Of a DNA stretch of 64,000 nt, positions 1 through 12,835 are shown one piece after another. The notes under the pieces are model-generated. The model ran no database searches. It saw only the letters and a program-made list of their open reading frames with translations, and had not been told where the DNA came from. The position numbers and the translations under genes are program-made. Position 1 is the first letter of the stretch. Every line of letters starts with the position of its first letter. The DNA lies in assembly GCF_018977255.1 (NCBI RefSeq), contig NW_024704743.1, forward strand, positions 20,090,001-20,154,000. The letters are read 5' to 3'. Source of the stretch: Callorhinchus milii (Eukaryota).

Positions 1-256
1 TATCAACACCATGGAAGGAGAGCTATTGTGTTCCTGTCTTTTCATAGTGTTTCCTAAGAAACTTCCACACTATGATTTCCAGTACAAATACTGAAGAATG
101 GCAAACGGTACTTGCTAACAATTTCCGATAAGGACAATGCTGTATTGTTATTGGAATACATCATCTTGAACACAAGTGTTCCTCATTCACTCTTTCTACA
201 ACAAATGATTTTGAAAAACATGATGCATCTACAAAGCAACAACTTTTAAATATATG

Positions 257-938
257 TAATAATCCTTGTATTTGCCTTCTCAGCATCTCAAAGCAATTCA
301 CAGAATTTACTGTGAAGTGCAATGACTATTTGTAAGTAAACACAACTGCCAATTTGCCCACAGCAATATCTCCCAAACAGCTATGAGATGAATGTCCAGT
401 TTTATCAGGGGGATTGTGGACCGACACCAGGAAAAATTTCCTTCTCTTTTCAAATAGTCATGGGATCATTGACATCCACCTGAACAGATAGACAGGTTTA
501 ATGACTCATCTGAAGGACAGCACCTTTGACAATGCAGCACTCCCATAGCATTGCACTGAAGTGATACAATACGATACAAAGTTACATTTGTGAAGCGCCT
601 TTCACCTCGGGAGGACATCCCAAAGCACTGAACAGTCAGGGATTAGGACCTGAGCAGGTGGTCGAGGGGGGCGGTTGGGATCAGGGAGGGTGGAGGGCAG
701 AGAGGATAGGAGGGTGGCTGAAGGCACGGTCGCAGAGGAGGGCCTTGATGCGTGGCTTGAAGGAGACGAGGGAGGGAGCGAGGTGGAGGGAAGACGGGAT
801 GGAGTTCCAGATGGTGGGGGCAGAGAGGCTGAAGGCCCAACCACCGATGGTGATATGAGTTCCAAGTCCCATTGTGAGGCTTCAACCCACAACCTTCTGA
901 CTCAGAGTCAAGAGTGCTACCAACTGGACCGGGCTGAC
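257..938 (-). mobile_element. Deu-domain SINE (SacSINE1-like), split by an L2 insertion at ~564-852
   Basis: Deu-type segment aaatagtcatgggatc...catccacctga...tcatctgaaggacagcacc...gcagcactccc...tgcactg at ~450-560. tRNA-like head aacccacaaccttctgactcagag..agagtgctacc at ~870-938; (TAA) tail at ~257. Confidence 0.7.
564..852 (-). mobile_element. L2-clade LINE 3' fragment
   Basis: Tail cattt..agcgcctttcac.tcgggaggacatcccaaagc shared with many copies in the window; gtgata at both ends (561-566, 850-855). Confidence 0.75.
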
Positions 939-957
939 AAAGCTAAATATATTGAGA

Positions 958-1468
958 CTAGCAGTACATGTTCAGCTACCCTTGCAACCAAAGGATCCAA
1001 TATGGAATGTAGATTGACACACAGACAGACATTTCATCTTTCTCTATTCTCATCTGGGAGGACTCAGTGGGAGGACTCGGTGCTTTAAAAATTAAATTTT
1101 GTTGTTGTTGTTGCCGCACTTTAGCTTCGTCTGTTCTTTATTTTGTTCCCGCCGCTTGGCTCTGTGCCACAGTTAGCCGACGCAGCCACCAGACGTAACT
1201 GCAGTGTGTGCGTACATACGTAGGTGCTCTGTGACGCACGATGCCACAGCCCCACTTTGACTCGAGAGCCACCAAGTGTAACTGCAGCAAAAAAACACAA
1301 ACCTGAAAATAGCTTATGAACGATAGGAGATACCTGACAACAAATATGCCCATGTCACTCCCAGTAGCAAGAACTTTCCGATGAGATATACATCACCTAT
1401 CTACTTCAATCGGTTAATGAGATCCGTCTTGAAGTACCGACAGACATTGTTGTTTTATTAGTATAAGA
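958..1468 (-). mobile_element. Probable non-autonomous Helitron-like element
   Basis: Minus strand begins A|TCTTATACTAATAAAAC..TGTCTGTC..AACCGATT and ends ..GTACTGCTAG|T, matching the TC...CTRR termini and A^T target rule. No TIR or TSD; the subterminal hairpin is poorly preserved. Confidence 0.5.
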
Positions 1469-1926
1469 TAGATAGAAGAAGATAGATGATGAGTTATTTG
1501 GCTTTGCAAGAATAGTTTTTCTGCAACAAACAATGGGATAATAAGCAGACAATTATAGCTTTCCCCTAGAGGCACATTGAAAACTCACATTGTCCACCAA
1601 AGTTACATTTAAGAGAAAGTCTGGTTACGATTTTCAATTTTCAAATGTTATCCCTGTGCAAAGAATGCTTCAAACCCATTAAACTAATCTTGCAAAGCTG
1701 TGATGAAAGCTCCTTCTATTGTATTATAATCTGAAAAGTGTTCATCAATTTATAGAGCCATTTTTCCAAAAGAAACATAAGAATGTGACAAGAGAGGAAG
1801 CTTTTATCTTTCATGGGAATGTGGTTAAAAGTAGAATGATTTTTTNACATTTCTACATTCATAGGAATGCCCCACTGCTTAAAAGAGCATGGCTGTAATT
1901 TCACCCCCACTGCTCATAATTCATAT

Positions 1927-2150
1927 AATAATAATGGTTCTTCCTGTGATATAATGCTTTATCATGTCGTAAAGATGTCTCAAAATGCTTCACGGGATTT
2001 TACTGAAATGCAGTGACCACATATTTGTAAGCAATTTGTTCACAGCAATGTCCCTCAAACAGCCATGAAGTGAATGACCAATTTTAGCTGGGGATTGTTG
2101 GCCAGGACACTGGGAGAAGCTCCCTTCTCTTTCTGAATAGTGCCACAGGT
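1927..2150 (-). mobile_element. SINE 3' part (Deu-type), degenerate
   Basis: ataataat tail + gtctcaaaatgcttcac...cacagcaatgtccc.caaacag...ggccaggacactgggag..ctccc..ctcttt..aatagtgcca. Further tail-only copies at ~2532-2670, ~6308-6420, ~13160-13310, ~18485-18690 (+), ~23640-23880, ~30620-30870 and ~63330-63460. Confidence 0.65.
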
Positions 2151-3889
2151 TTTAATTAATGGGGTAAAATGCTGATTTCCCTTTCTTCAATTTCAACAAG
2201 GAAATCACATAGCAGTCAAAATCAAATTCCTAAACCCGTTCCATTCCTAATTATCACTGGGAGCATTTTACAGAAGCTGTGCTGAAAATGTGTACTCGAA
2301 ATCTGGGCTTCGCAACAGAACAGTTTTAGTTCTGAACACCCACTGACTGCTGGAGAATGGTTTCCCCCTCAGGCTTCTTCCAGTCAATCTGGCAATCATT
2401 GTTTTAGTTTAGCGGGGAGCCGTAGACATCAATCCCAGGCACTAGAATGGCTTTTAAATGTGAATTTTAACTTTTAAAATTATGTTTAAGATGGTACCTG
2501 GCAAAGAGGCATGAAATCAGAGCTGTACGGCATAATAATAATAATCCTTGCATTTGATATAGTACCTTATCATGTCTCCTTAAAGCGTTTCACAGAATAT
2601 ATTTTGTGGACGAAACACAGCAGCCAATTGCACATAGCGGTGTCCCACAGACAATCGTGGGTTGGATTTAAAGGTTTTCTTGATGGTGTTGCATTTTTTT
2701 TGTGTAAAAAAAGATTGGGAATGATTTTAATCAAGCTGCAGAGAATACTGATTGTGTGGGGTTTTGCCAGATAATGGCTTAAAATTATTTTAAAGGTTTC
2801 CAAAAAGATGCAAATTTAACAAGCTATTAATTTTGTTAGTTGGAGTTTGAAATCTCAGGCCACTTTGCTAAATTAAGTACAAAAGCCATGGCTCCCCAAT
2901 TGACTGTAGATAAATCATTCTCTTATAGATTTGAAGTTCAGTTCGAAACCTACCATTAATGATAGATTTTATTGATAATCCATTATCCTGAAGGATTATT
3001 CAAAAAACATATGGAGAGAAATTCCACCATTCCACCTGGGTTTAGATTTATTCCATTCATTTTGGACCATCCAGAAGTTGTCAAAGGAAGTTGTCTTAAA
3101 TTTGAAGCGAGTTTTGAGCAAGTTCCTCTAAGAACTACAAACTTCAAAAGTTTTTAAAAACTTCAAAGACTGAATTTAACAATTTGCCAAACTCTAGAAG
3201 CTCTCAAGTGTTAAGGTCGATAAAGACAAATAGCCCAGGTGGAATTTCTCCCCAAGAATTAATTTAGAACAATACACCCATAACCTCAAAAAGAATTTTA
3301 TCCAGAGTCTGATGGCACAGTTATAAAATAGGATCTTTAGGAATCACTGGGTTTAGAAGCAGCTCTGCAAAATTCTGTACTGCCACGTCTGTCAAATTTG
3401 TTCTGTTTACACTGCAAATTGAATTTTGACAAAAGCCGTGGCATCATTGACACAACCCCATAATCAACAAACTCATTAATGTCAATTGCTTCAAAGTCAT
3501 GCTGGCAAATTTCATTTTCTGACCACGAGCTTTCTTCAGTGTATCTACATTATTAACTTGATCATGTTGCTGGATCTTCTCTCCTCTCCTTACTCCTCCA
3601 AATTTTTTCCCTCCTCTGCTAGAGATATTTGTCAGGGTACAACTCCATTTTGTGACAACTCCATGGCACTAGGCAATTTGTTTGTCAGCCTGACACAGTT
3701 CGACACACTCTCACCTCTTGAGTCAGAGGTTGTGGGCTCATGCCCCATTTCAGGACTTGGAACTCATATTGTCCATTGCATCCATGCATTTATCATCCTG
3801 GCTTGACTATGCTCTGCTTGCCGGATTACCCAACTTTTCCCTACAGACTAACCAGAGGAGTGGGGAGGGAACATGAACAAAGGCATAAT

Positions 3890-4172
3890 GATAATAATAA
3901 TAATCCTTGCATTTGATATAGCGCTTTTTCACGTCTTCTATATATCTCAAGGCGCTTCACAGAATAGACTGTAAAGTGAATTGACTGTATATTTGTGGGC
4001 GAAACATGGCAGCTAATTGTCCCACAAACAGTCGTGGATTGAAGTGACCAATTTTTTTTGAATGATTATTATCAGGCATGTGGAGTAAGGAAACTTGCCC
4101 AAGGTATCGATTGCCCTGCAGGGAATTGAACCCAGGTCTCTCGCTTGTGAGGTGAGTGCTCTAACCACTGTA
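3890..4172 (-). mobile_element. tRNA-derived SINE, short (internally deleted) variant
   Basis: Collinear with the 24490-24817 copy: (TAA)n tail, L2-like 3' end, tRNA-like head. Confidence 0.85.
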
Positions 4173-4184
4173 TAGTTAAATAGT

Positions 4185-4500
4185 AAGGTCTTGAGACAGA
4201 CCTTAAAGGATGCAAGGAAAGGGGGCGAGGTGAAGGGACCCCAGGATGGAGGTCCAGAGAGTGGTGGCAGAAAGGCTGAAGGGCCAACCACCAATGTGTG
4301 TGGTGTGTGTGTGTGTGTGTGTGTGTGGGCAGGTTGGGGTACTTGAAGCAGGCAACTGCCCATCGAGCGGAGGGAGCAGCATAGATGGCTGGTGGCAAGG
4401 TCTACCACTGCTCAGCCTCTCCCCCTTCCAAATTTATCCTCACCACATTGACCATGACAGCCTTAAAGACAGTCGCTTCTCATTTTTCCTCTTTCTCATT
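4185..4500 (-). mobile_element. L2 LINE fragment with an embedded (TG)n
   Basis: gctgaagggccaaccaccaatg and gagcggagggagc segments shared with other L2 copies. Confidence 0.6.
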
Positions 4501-5099
4501 GCCAGGCTCTGTGCCAACCTTAAAGATGGCCGCCTCCGGCTTCTCACTACGCAGCCTCTGTTGGAGTTCTGCATTGAGAGGAGCGGGGGGGGGGGGCATC
4601 TTTTAAGCTGGTAGAAAATCTGCAGGTAAGGAGCAGGGAGGAGAAACAACCATCTTTGATGCTGGCATGAAGTCTGCGCCTGCCTTAAAAGGGAGCATCC
4701 ACTCAGCTCCTCCCACCCAAAATATTTTCACCTATGCAGAGTAGGCGAGTTGGGAGGCTTTTAGAGAAAGGGTGGAGGATCCTAAATGACACATAGACTC
4801 TTTGAAAAGAGATGGGAATTTCTCATGGTGTGCTGACGAGCAATCTCCCACATAAATTTGGTTATTCGCTCTATGGGTGTTTGTGAAATATTACTGCGCG
4901 CAAACTAGCTGCCACTTTCGCCCGAAAATACATAGTCACTCCATCACTCCACTTTAAAGTACATCCTGTTAAGCGTTTGAGGCATCTTGGTGACATGAAA
5001 GTCGCACTATCAAATGTAAACATTATTAATGTGACTGGGAAACCATATGATACAGTGCACCTAGAATTCCAAAAAAAGGCCTTTGGCAAAATATCAAGA

Positions 5100-6070
5100 C
5101 TTCTTTATGAAGTGATGTCTATCAAGGATAATGGGAATGGATTAGTAACTGGCTGAAGGGAATAAAGCAAAAGGTAATCAAGAGGGGAGCTAAGTCAAAA
5201 TGTTCGAGGGGGAGGGAGAGATAATTGTGGAGGTATCTTGGGGTCATGGAGGGTTCTTCCGTGTTACTTGTACACATTAATGATTTGGATTTTGAGTTAG
5301 TTCAACTTTAAGTGAAACTGTAACATCAAGAGGAAGTAAAGTTCTTACAAACAGATATTGACAGGTTTTATACCTGGACAGATAATAATAATCCTTGCAT
5401 TTGATATAGCGTCTTATGTCTTCAAGACATCGCAAACCGCTTCACAGAATATACTGTAAAGTGCATTGACTGTATATTTTGTGGGCGAAACGAACAGCCA
5501 ATTGTGCACAGTAATGTCCCACAAACAGTCGTGAATTGAGTGATCAATTTTTTATTTTTATGGTAAGGAATTATTACCCCCAGAAATGCGATCCACCAAT
5601 CGACTAACAACCGGGTTCCTACTTAATGCTTGGTAAACAGAGGCATGTGGACTAAGGAAACTTTCCCAGTGTTTCACCCTGCCAGGAATCAAACTCAGGT
5701 CTCTCGGTTGCGAGGCAAGTGCTCTAACCACTGTGTTACAGGGCTCCACTGGAGTCCTAACTAATCACTGAGAAAATAGTTCTCATTTATAAAGACCAAA
5801 GCAGGAGGTACAAGTAATTGGTGGATGGGATATAACTTGGAAAGGAACTTGGGGTGTTGGCTCATCATCACTCACTATATTGAAACAGTGTGACAGAGCA
5901 ATAAGCATGGACAACAGAATCTTGAGCTATTTTGCTAAGTCAACTGAGTATCAGGAGTCATGCATAAGCTATATTTACTCTGATTAGGCCACATGAGAGT
6001 GTTGTCTGGGCCCTGGAGGCAGTGCAATGTCATGAGGAGGATTCCAAGTGTTACATGAGCTATGAGAAAT
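5100..6070 (+). mobile_element. Degenerate CR1 LINE RT-region remnants interrupted by a SINE (5383-5750)
   Basis: tggattagtaactggctga...aaaggta, attaatgatttgga, gaaaggaacttgggggtg and aacagaatcttgagctat are decayed CR1 ORF2-like segments. Confidence 0.5.
5383..5750 (-). mobile_element. tRNA-derived SINE, long variant
   Basis: Full head-to-tail copy including the extra internal segment ccccagaaatgcgatccaccaatcgactaac...ggtaaacagaggc. Confidence 0.85.
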
Positions 6071-7489
6071 GAAAAGTTAAGGAATTGATAATAGATGGAA
6101 AAGTGGGATTTAAAATAAAAAATATAGCTGCCATGTACTAATGAAATGGTTCCACAAACTCTAAAGGCAAATGATCAACTCCTTTTGTGACCCTCTGATC
6201 TGTGTAGTCATGGGGCACTATTTCTCAAACAATTGGTTCTAGATAACAGCTGGATCATATGGAAAAGGCATTAGGCAAAGGCAAGCACAACTCCCCATTT
6301 ACATATATAATAATAATAATCCTTGCATTTGATATAGTGCCTTATCATGCCATTGAGATGTCTTAAAGTGCTTCACAGGATGTACTGAAAGTGGTATGAC
6401 TGTGTGTAGTTTGTGGGCGAAATAGTGAGGGAGAGGAAAAATCTAAGAGCAAATTATTATCCATTGTGCCACCTTTCCTCACCCTGAGGTGATGTGTTAT
6501 AGAGCAGCATTAGCAAACGCTTGGCAACAGGATAGCTATGTTCTCTTTCATCAAGCTGATATACGTTGCCAAGAAATATAATTATAGACGTGCATTTCAA
6601 TTACCTTGGCACTACTCATGATTCTTTTATCTAGTCGGGAGGCTTAGGAATGGATCACTAGTAGGTATTAACTGATGTATATCAGTCTTTGCTCTGTGTT
6701 CTTTTTAATTAATTTCACAAGTGACAGAAGTGATCGTCTGAAGCCATGGCTCAGGACTTCAATGGCACATCCGTAATGCTGGTAAAAATGGGGCACACGC
6801 AACAAGGAAGTGTAACAGAGCACACATTTGGAATTGATAAAATTAGTTATTTTGGTATAAAATTCATAAGGAATCCATTGCAGTGATGCACCAGGAAAGT
6901 CTGTGAATACTTACCTGTCACTTCATGTACAGCAAGATCATTGTCGAGCTGTCAGGGTTGAGCAGCGAACGGTACAAGAGTGAGAGTGTGATACTCTCAG
7001 GATATTTCTAACATTGTCATCAGTAATCACTTTTCCCGAGGGAGACTGTCCAGCTTGGTCACTTACTTGCACGAGATACTTTGCAATTAATAAGGACGGA
7101 CGTGAGCAAGACTAATACTCTCTGCATTTCTTGAGGGGGAACAGGTGCTAGCCATAGGCACATATCACCTTGAAGAATCAAGACTCAGCACAGATTAAAG
7201 AGGGGATCAAATTCAAAGTTTAAGAAGATGACTGCAAAGAAGAGCGATAGTAATAACACCAAGAAAGACAGTCAAAAATGTAATTTTATACCAAGCCCCA
7301 AGACAAGCTTTAAAAATCATATTTCAATTTCAAAAAAAATGTTCTCAGTCAGACATAGACATATGAATAAAAAAAAATCAGTCACACATGTTGAAAAGTA
7401 AAATGTGTGTGTGTGGGGGGGGGTGGGGGGGAGGTGTTTCAAATGCACTGTACATTTGACATGTATGTCTCTGCTTTGGAGGCATTCTG

Positions 7490-7905
7490 ACCATTCATAC
7501 CCTTTGCGTTTGTCTCACCCGTAATAAACTCTGTACCCCCATCACACCAGTCCTCGCCAGGCTCCACTGGCTCTCAAATCACAGAACAGGTCGATTTCAA
7601 GAACCACTCACTTGTCTATAAATCACTTCATGTCCTGGCACCTCCCTACCTTTCTGATCTGCTTTCTCCCCACTCCTCTACCTGTTGCCTCCACTCGGCA
7701 GGCTTTTAGCTACTAAGGCCCGAAGCTTTAGAACTCTCTCCCTCAATCCCTCCAGCTTGCCCTGCTCTTTTAGATCACGACTAAAGACCTTACTCTTCGA
7801 CCGTGCTTAGTCACCTCCTTCCTCTCTCCAGCTCGGCTCCGCCACTGTTAAGCACTCCAACACTCTGTCCCCTGTGAAGGGCGCTATATTAATGTAAGTT
7901 GTTGT
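7490..7905 (+). mobile_element. L2 LINE 3' fragment (ORF2 C-terminus + 3'UTR)
   Basis: cccatcacaccagtcctcgccaggctccactggctc (PITPVLARLHWL) ... gaagggcgctatattaatgtaagttgttgtt tail. Confidence 0.8.
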
Positions 7906-10900
7906 TCTTATAATTCATTGAGGTCACCTCTCAAGCTAAAAGTAATTGCGCCATTGAAGACAATTGTGAAATTCCTGTCACTTTGCTTTCCCCATTCAGC
8001 TGCTCTCCTACTGGCTTTCCTCCTACTTTATCTTACCCTCTTGAATGGACTTTCTTACATTCTCCCCCAAATGTACATTTATATCTATCTCCCCAGCTAA
8101 AGTGACATATTCCAACAGCCATCTGATTTCAGCTGGTGTGCAGTGCCTAGTTAGGCAACCTGAGGGGTATGAAATCTATTTTTCCCAAATTAAAAAAATT
8201 AAAAGTTATACAGAAACACAGCTATAATATTGCCTGCTTAATATGTTTTGTAAATACTTCCCACTACACATACACAATGACACGTAATGCACAATTTCCC
8301 TCCCCTTTCTTTAAAACATACTACATATACAGTATACTCTTTCATTTACGTAGCCTTATCTGTATTGCACACTCCTCATGAAACATACAATAACATTAAA
8401 ATTCAACAAATAATGTATTAACGCTGCAATTATACTGTACATTTGCCAGAGAATCACCAAGATTTTGGCAGCAATTCAATAGCAAGCATGCAGCATAAAT
8501 GATGGTTTCAGGAGCACTGTGGTTTGCACCCATGTAATATTGGCACACTGGGTATGAATTGCATTGTGCCATTCCCACAAAGTTTATTCACAGCTCTCGG
8601 TCTGTTTCTTGAAAGTCCAGGGAGACTGTTTTTTTAATGATATTGCAGAGTAATTTGTGAGACCAGTCTTCAATTAAAAGACCACCACCTGACTTTAGCG
8701 AATGACCCAATTTGTAGCTTCGAGAAGGAAAAGCGCAGCATTTTTACACTACACCAATTGCTACAGTCCTTGATAGTTTAACTGCTAGTGTAGTCAACCA
8801 TCAAGATGGAAATAAAACAGTAAAGTACAAAATAAAATCTGAAGTGCAACAGTAGTACTAGTAATGTTGTGTTACAGCCTGAGTCAGAGTCAAAGCAAAG
8901 TAATTAGGGTCCACCACATGATAATTGCTAATACTGTGGATATTTTGTTATGTGTTTCTAGTGAGAAATCCCATTATAGAAATGTAATGAAAAGTTTGCT
9001 AGTGTTGATGATCAGCATGTGTTGGATCCTATTGTCTAGCTGAAGTAACTCTGCAAAATTCTAGTACTTTGCAAAAGCCTTGTCAACAGTGCACCTCCCT
9101 GTAAAACGCTATCTTTACAAATCCATCAACATAGCCTTTTGATGGTAAGCTAATATTGATGGCCTATTAAGTGCCATATGTAACTGCTGAAGAAGCTTGC
9201 TTAGGCTTCTGAATATCACAATTCTTATTGTGTTTGACAAACACTGTTTAACTGTGTTAAATAGTGTTTTTAATAATTGGCAACCATAATAATAATCCTT
9301 GCAAACTCAGTGTCTAAAGGCACATTCTGCTATGGTAATAAGCCAAACAGATCAGGAAGTTTCCAATTTCTTGGATTGTGCTGAATTAGCTGATCTCAGC
9401 CAGGGTGGAGGTGCTATAACAGGCTCTGTATTACCTGGACCAGGAAGGTGGAAAATTAGCAGGCCTGTCCCTCATATTCCTAGATCAATGTTGCCAAATG
9501 GAGAGGCACCTAACTTGTTTCACTACAACCTGGGAAATCTCATGTTTCAGTGGTAGAGGTTGCAGGCAATGCCGCCTGTTCGCCACAACAACACCCTCTT
9601 CCTTGCTGCTCTTTGCCAGTATGCCTTCCAAAGCATCAGCAGAAACCTCCACTGTCATAAATGGACCTCAAGTTCCTTCTTAAAGTTTCAGCAACTGCTT
9701 TGAGTACATAGTTGAATCTCTGTTGCACTCATACGAGTGCACAGGCAGTAAACCAGGGTGAGTATTATCAGTAGCATGTATGATCACTTCTAACAGTTGT
9801 GATAGTTCATCCTGTGAGGTTGCACACTTCCCACATTGGATTAATGATTAGGATGTTCTGGGGTAGAATACTTTGTGCAGGAACGTCAGATCAAAATAGA
9901 TATGGGGAAAAAAAACTCAGATATTTTCTGCCAATTTTCCAGACACATCAAGAACACAAAGCCATTAGAATGTCTGGAAATGTATCTTTAACTCACATAG
10001 AGACTGTGTTATATATTCAGCTTCAACCTGGGTGTTGATGGAAGGAGCTACTCCTGGCTAAATATGTCCTTGCAATATCTCAACTGGTTGAGAGATTTAT
10101 AGGCTTTTTTTTAATAAGACAGAGAAGGCCAACTTGCATTTGTGTGTATTGATTGTGCAGTATTATCTACTGCAGGGCAGTGGCATGTGGCAGAAAAATC
10201 ATTGCTGGACTTGATCTGCAAAGGCAGCATTATCTATACATGTTTCTGGAGACATGAGGAGCCCTTATACAGTTACCCATGTATAGGTACCAAGGCAAGC
10301 CAATACTTTTTTGACATTGATGAAACTTACATAGGAGATGTGCTTACCTTGATGCGCTATCCAGCTTTGTACATCCTTTGAAACAGTCTTGTTTCCACAC
10401 AGTGAAGTTCACTCACAGTTAGACAAGTACCAATTAACTGGTTGTTCTTCATAACAATTCATTCTCTGCGTGATATTCATGCTTTTTCTGCCAATCCTAA
10501 AATAATACTTCATACTAATTAGAATTTCTAAATGTTAATCCTGTTCTTTGCATAGCAATTTCCATCGCTATTTTTTTTCCTCAGGAGCAAGTCATTTCAG
10601 CACTCCCACATCCATGACCAACTCTATTGTCAGATCTGTGATGTGTTGTACTTGACAGTGATGGTAGAGCATATTTGCTGTTTTGAAGTGTTCCTTTCAC
10701 AGATAATCATTGGCTTCAACCCATTGACCTTGACCAGGATCTCATCATTACAATATTGTTAGTTGGTCACTATTGAGAAATGATAACAAATGAGGTTTGA
10801 TCCCCCTGCACTAAATAGAATTCTATTTTCTAGTGAGTCAAAAGTTTGTTGGAATTTTGTCCAGGGCTCTGAAGACTGATGTATTCCATGTTCCCTCACA

Positions 10901-12459
10901 CCCCTGACAATTGCCCTCTTTCTCCTAATGGTCACTCATGTTACACACTGCACAATTGCACACTAATCTGGTGTGTATCTGCATGTCACACACTTCCTCA
11001 TGGAATATGGAGACTGCTTTTGATCATCTTTCTCCTCCCCATCCCCTTCTGCTTCCGTTCTAGCTCAGGTGCCCAGCCTGCCATGTTAAGTGCTTTAAGA
11101 CGTCCTCCCAACATGAAAGAAATGTAAATTCATACATTCAACAACATATAAGTGTAAAATGTATAATATGATGCAAATTGTGTAAAGCAGTAGGATAAGA
11201 ATAACAATAGAGCAAAATTCAATCCAAAATATTTAACCTGTGTAACAGTAGTAATGGAAAACAAGTTGAAATTTCATTTGATGAGTTTCTATGATTATCA
11301 ATACCATACTTCCCACTCCTCCACCCCTTTATTCAATATACTGTATCTTCTTTCTTCTGTTCAGTGAAAAGGAAAGCAGGAGGATATTGATGCGCACAGT
11401 TATCCACTTTGGGTAATTTTGCAAAAAAAAGGAACATATGTTAAAGAATCTTGCTCAATTCATAGAGACTAAACAAAGGCTGTTCTTTGTCAGATTTGCA
11501 ATTTCCCTGAAGCTTTTGATCCATCTGGCCTTAATGGGCAGTTTTATTAGTTTTTGAAGTAATGAGATGCATCTGTGAGCCATGCGCAAAAATAATCTGT
11601 TTCATTTGAAAATATTTATTTACAATTGCAATTCTTTCAAGGGATAGGAATCAACTAAAGATGGTGTTTTCACATACTCCAATGGCTCATTTAGCAACTG
11701 CCTAGAGTAATGCTCAACAAAACAGACACTTAGGTGATTTGATTTCTCGGCTGTATTGAGTTTGTCAATCTCAACTAGTGAGACTTGGGGCATTACTTTG
11801 GCCTGAACACCCCTGAGCTTGGGAAGGAAAAATCAAGCTCCAATCGCTCAGCAGTCATTTTCCCACTAGAAAGTTAATACATGTGGATGTTGCATAGGAA
11901 TTGGGTTGGGCTAAGTTGTAACCCCTACAATGCTCAAATAGCTTTCCATTAATAATAACGCTTACATATAACACGGTGCCTGATCAGGTGGTCAAGACAT
12001 CTCAAAGCGCTTCACCGGATTTGACTAAGCATAGGCACTGTGTATTTGTAGGCAATACTCGCTGTCTCGGATCACACATGCAGGATGCCTACTTGGTTGA
12101 TATAGCAGATATTTACTGGCATCAGGGTACCAAACTCTAAAATAAGACAGTGCCTTCAGAGAAAGAAAATGACTGCAGATGGATCAGGAGGTGCCTGGCT
12201 CCTGTGTTCTCACACAACAACTTTGAGCTTATTTGGAGGTCAACATAGGGTGAGCTCCAGTCCACTTGACAGAAACCATTGTACTGGCTGACACCAAAGG
12301 AGCGCCACAGCAAGAAATTTGGAGTTGAACAGAGAGTGCAAACTGGTAGGCTCCAGGTTCAACCGATAATTAGGCTGCGTAGCAAATGAGCAGGGTTGTG
12401 TCCATAGTGCTTGGAGAGTGGCGGAGCACGACACAAAGCCCGAAGACCTTCCTCAAGGT

Positions 12460-12835
12460 CGAAGAGGAAGGTCTTCGGGCATGACCTAAAGATGGGGAAG
12501 GAGAGGACAAGGCGGAGTTATAGAGGAAGAGTGTTCCAGAGTTTCAGGGCGTAGTGGCTGAAGGCGCGGCCGCCAATGGTAGAAAGTACGTCCGAGGGAC
12601 ATGCAGAAGGCCAGATTCAGTCGAGCGGAGGCAGTGGGTTGGGGAGTAAACAGGTCAGAGAGGTAGGGATGCCAGGGCATGAAGGGATTTGAAGTCAATT
12701 GTGTGGATCTTGAAATTGATCCACTCGACGATAGGGAGCCAGTGATGTGTTAGAGGGTACAGGGTTTATTATGGGTGAGTATTCAGGCAGCGGAATTTTG
12801 GATCAGCTGGACTTTGTGGATGGTGGAGACCAACA
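12460..12835 (-). mobile_element. L2 LINE fragment
   Basis: Collinear with ~24005-24345. Confidence 0.75.

Noticed and set aside
6907..6917. ATACTTACCTG resembling the U1 snRNA 5' end
   Set aside because: Similarity stops after 11 nt; it is simply a consensus splice donor on the opposite strand.
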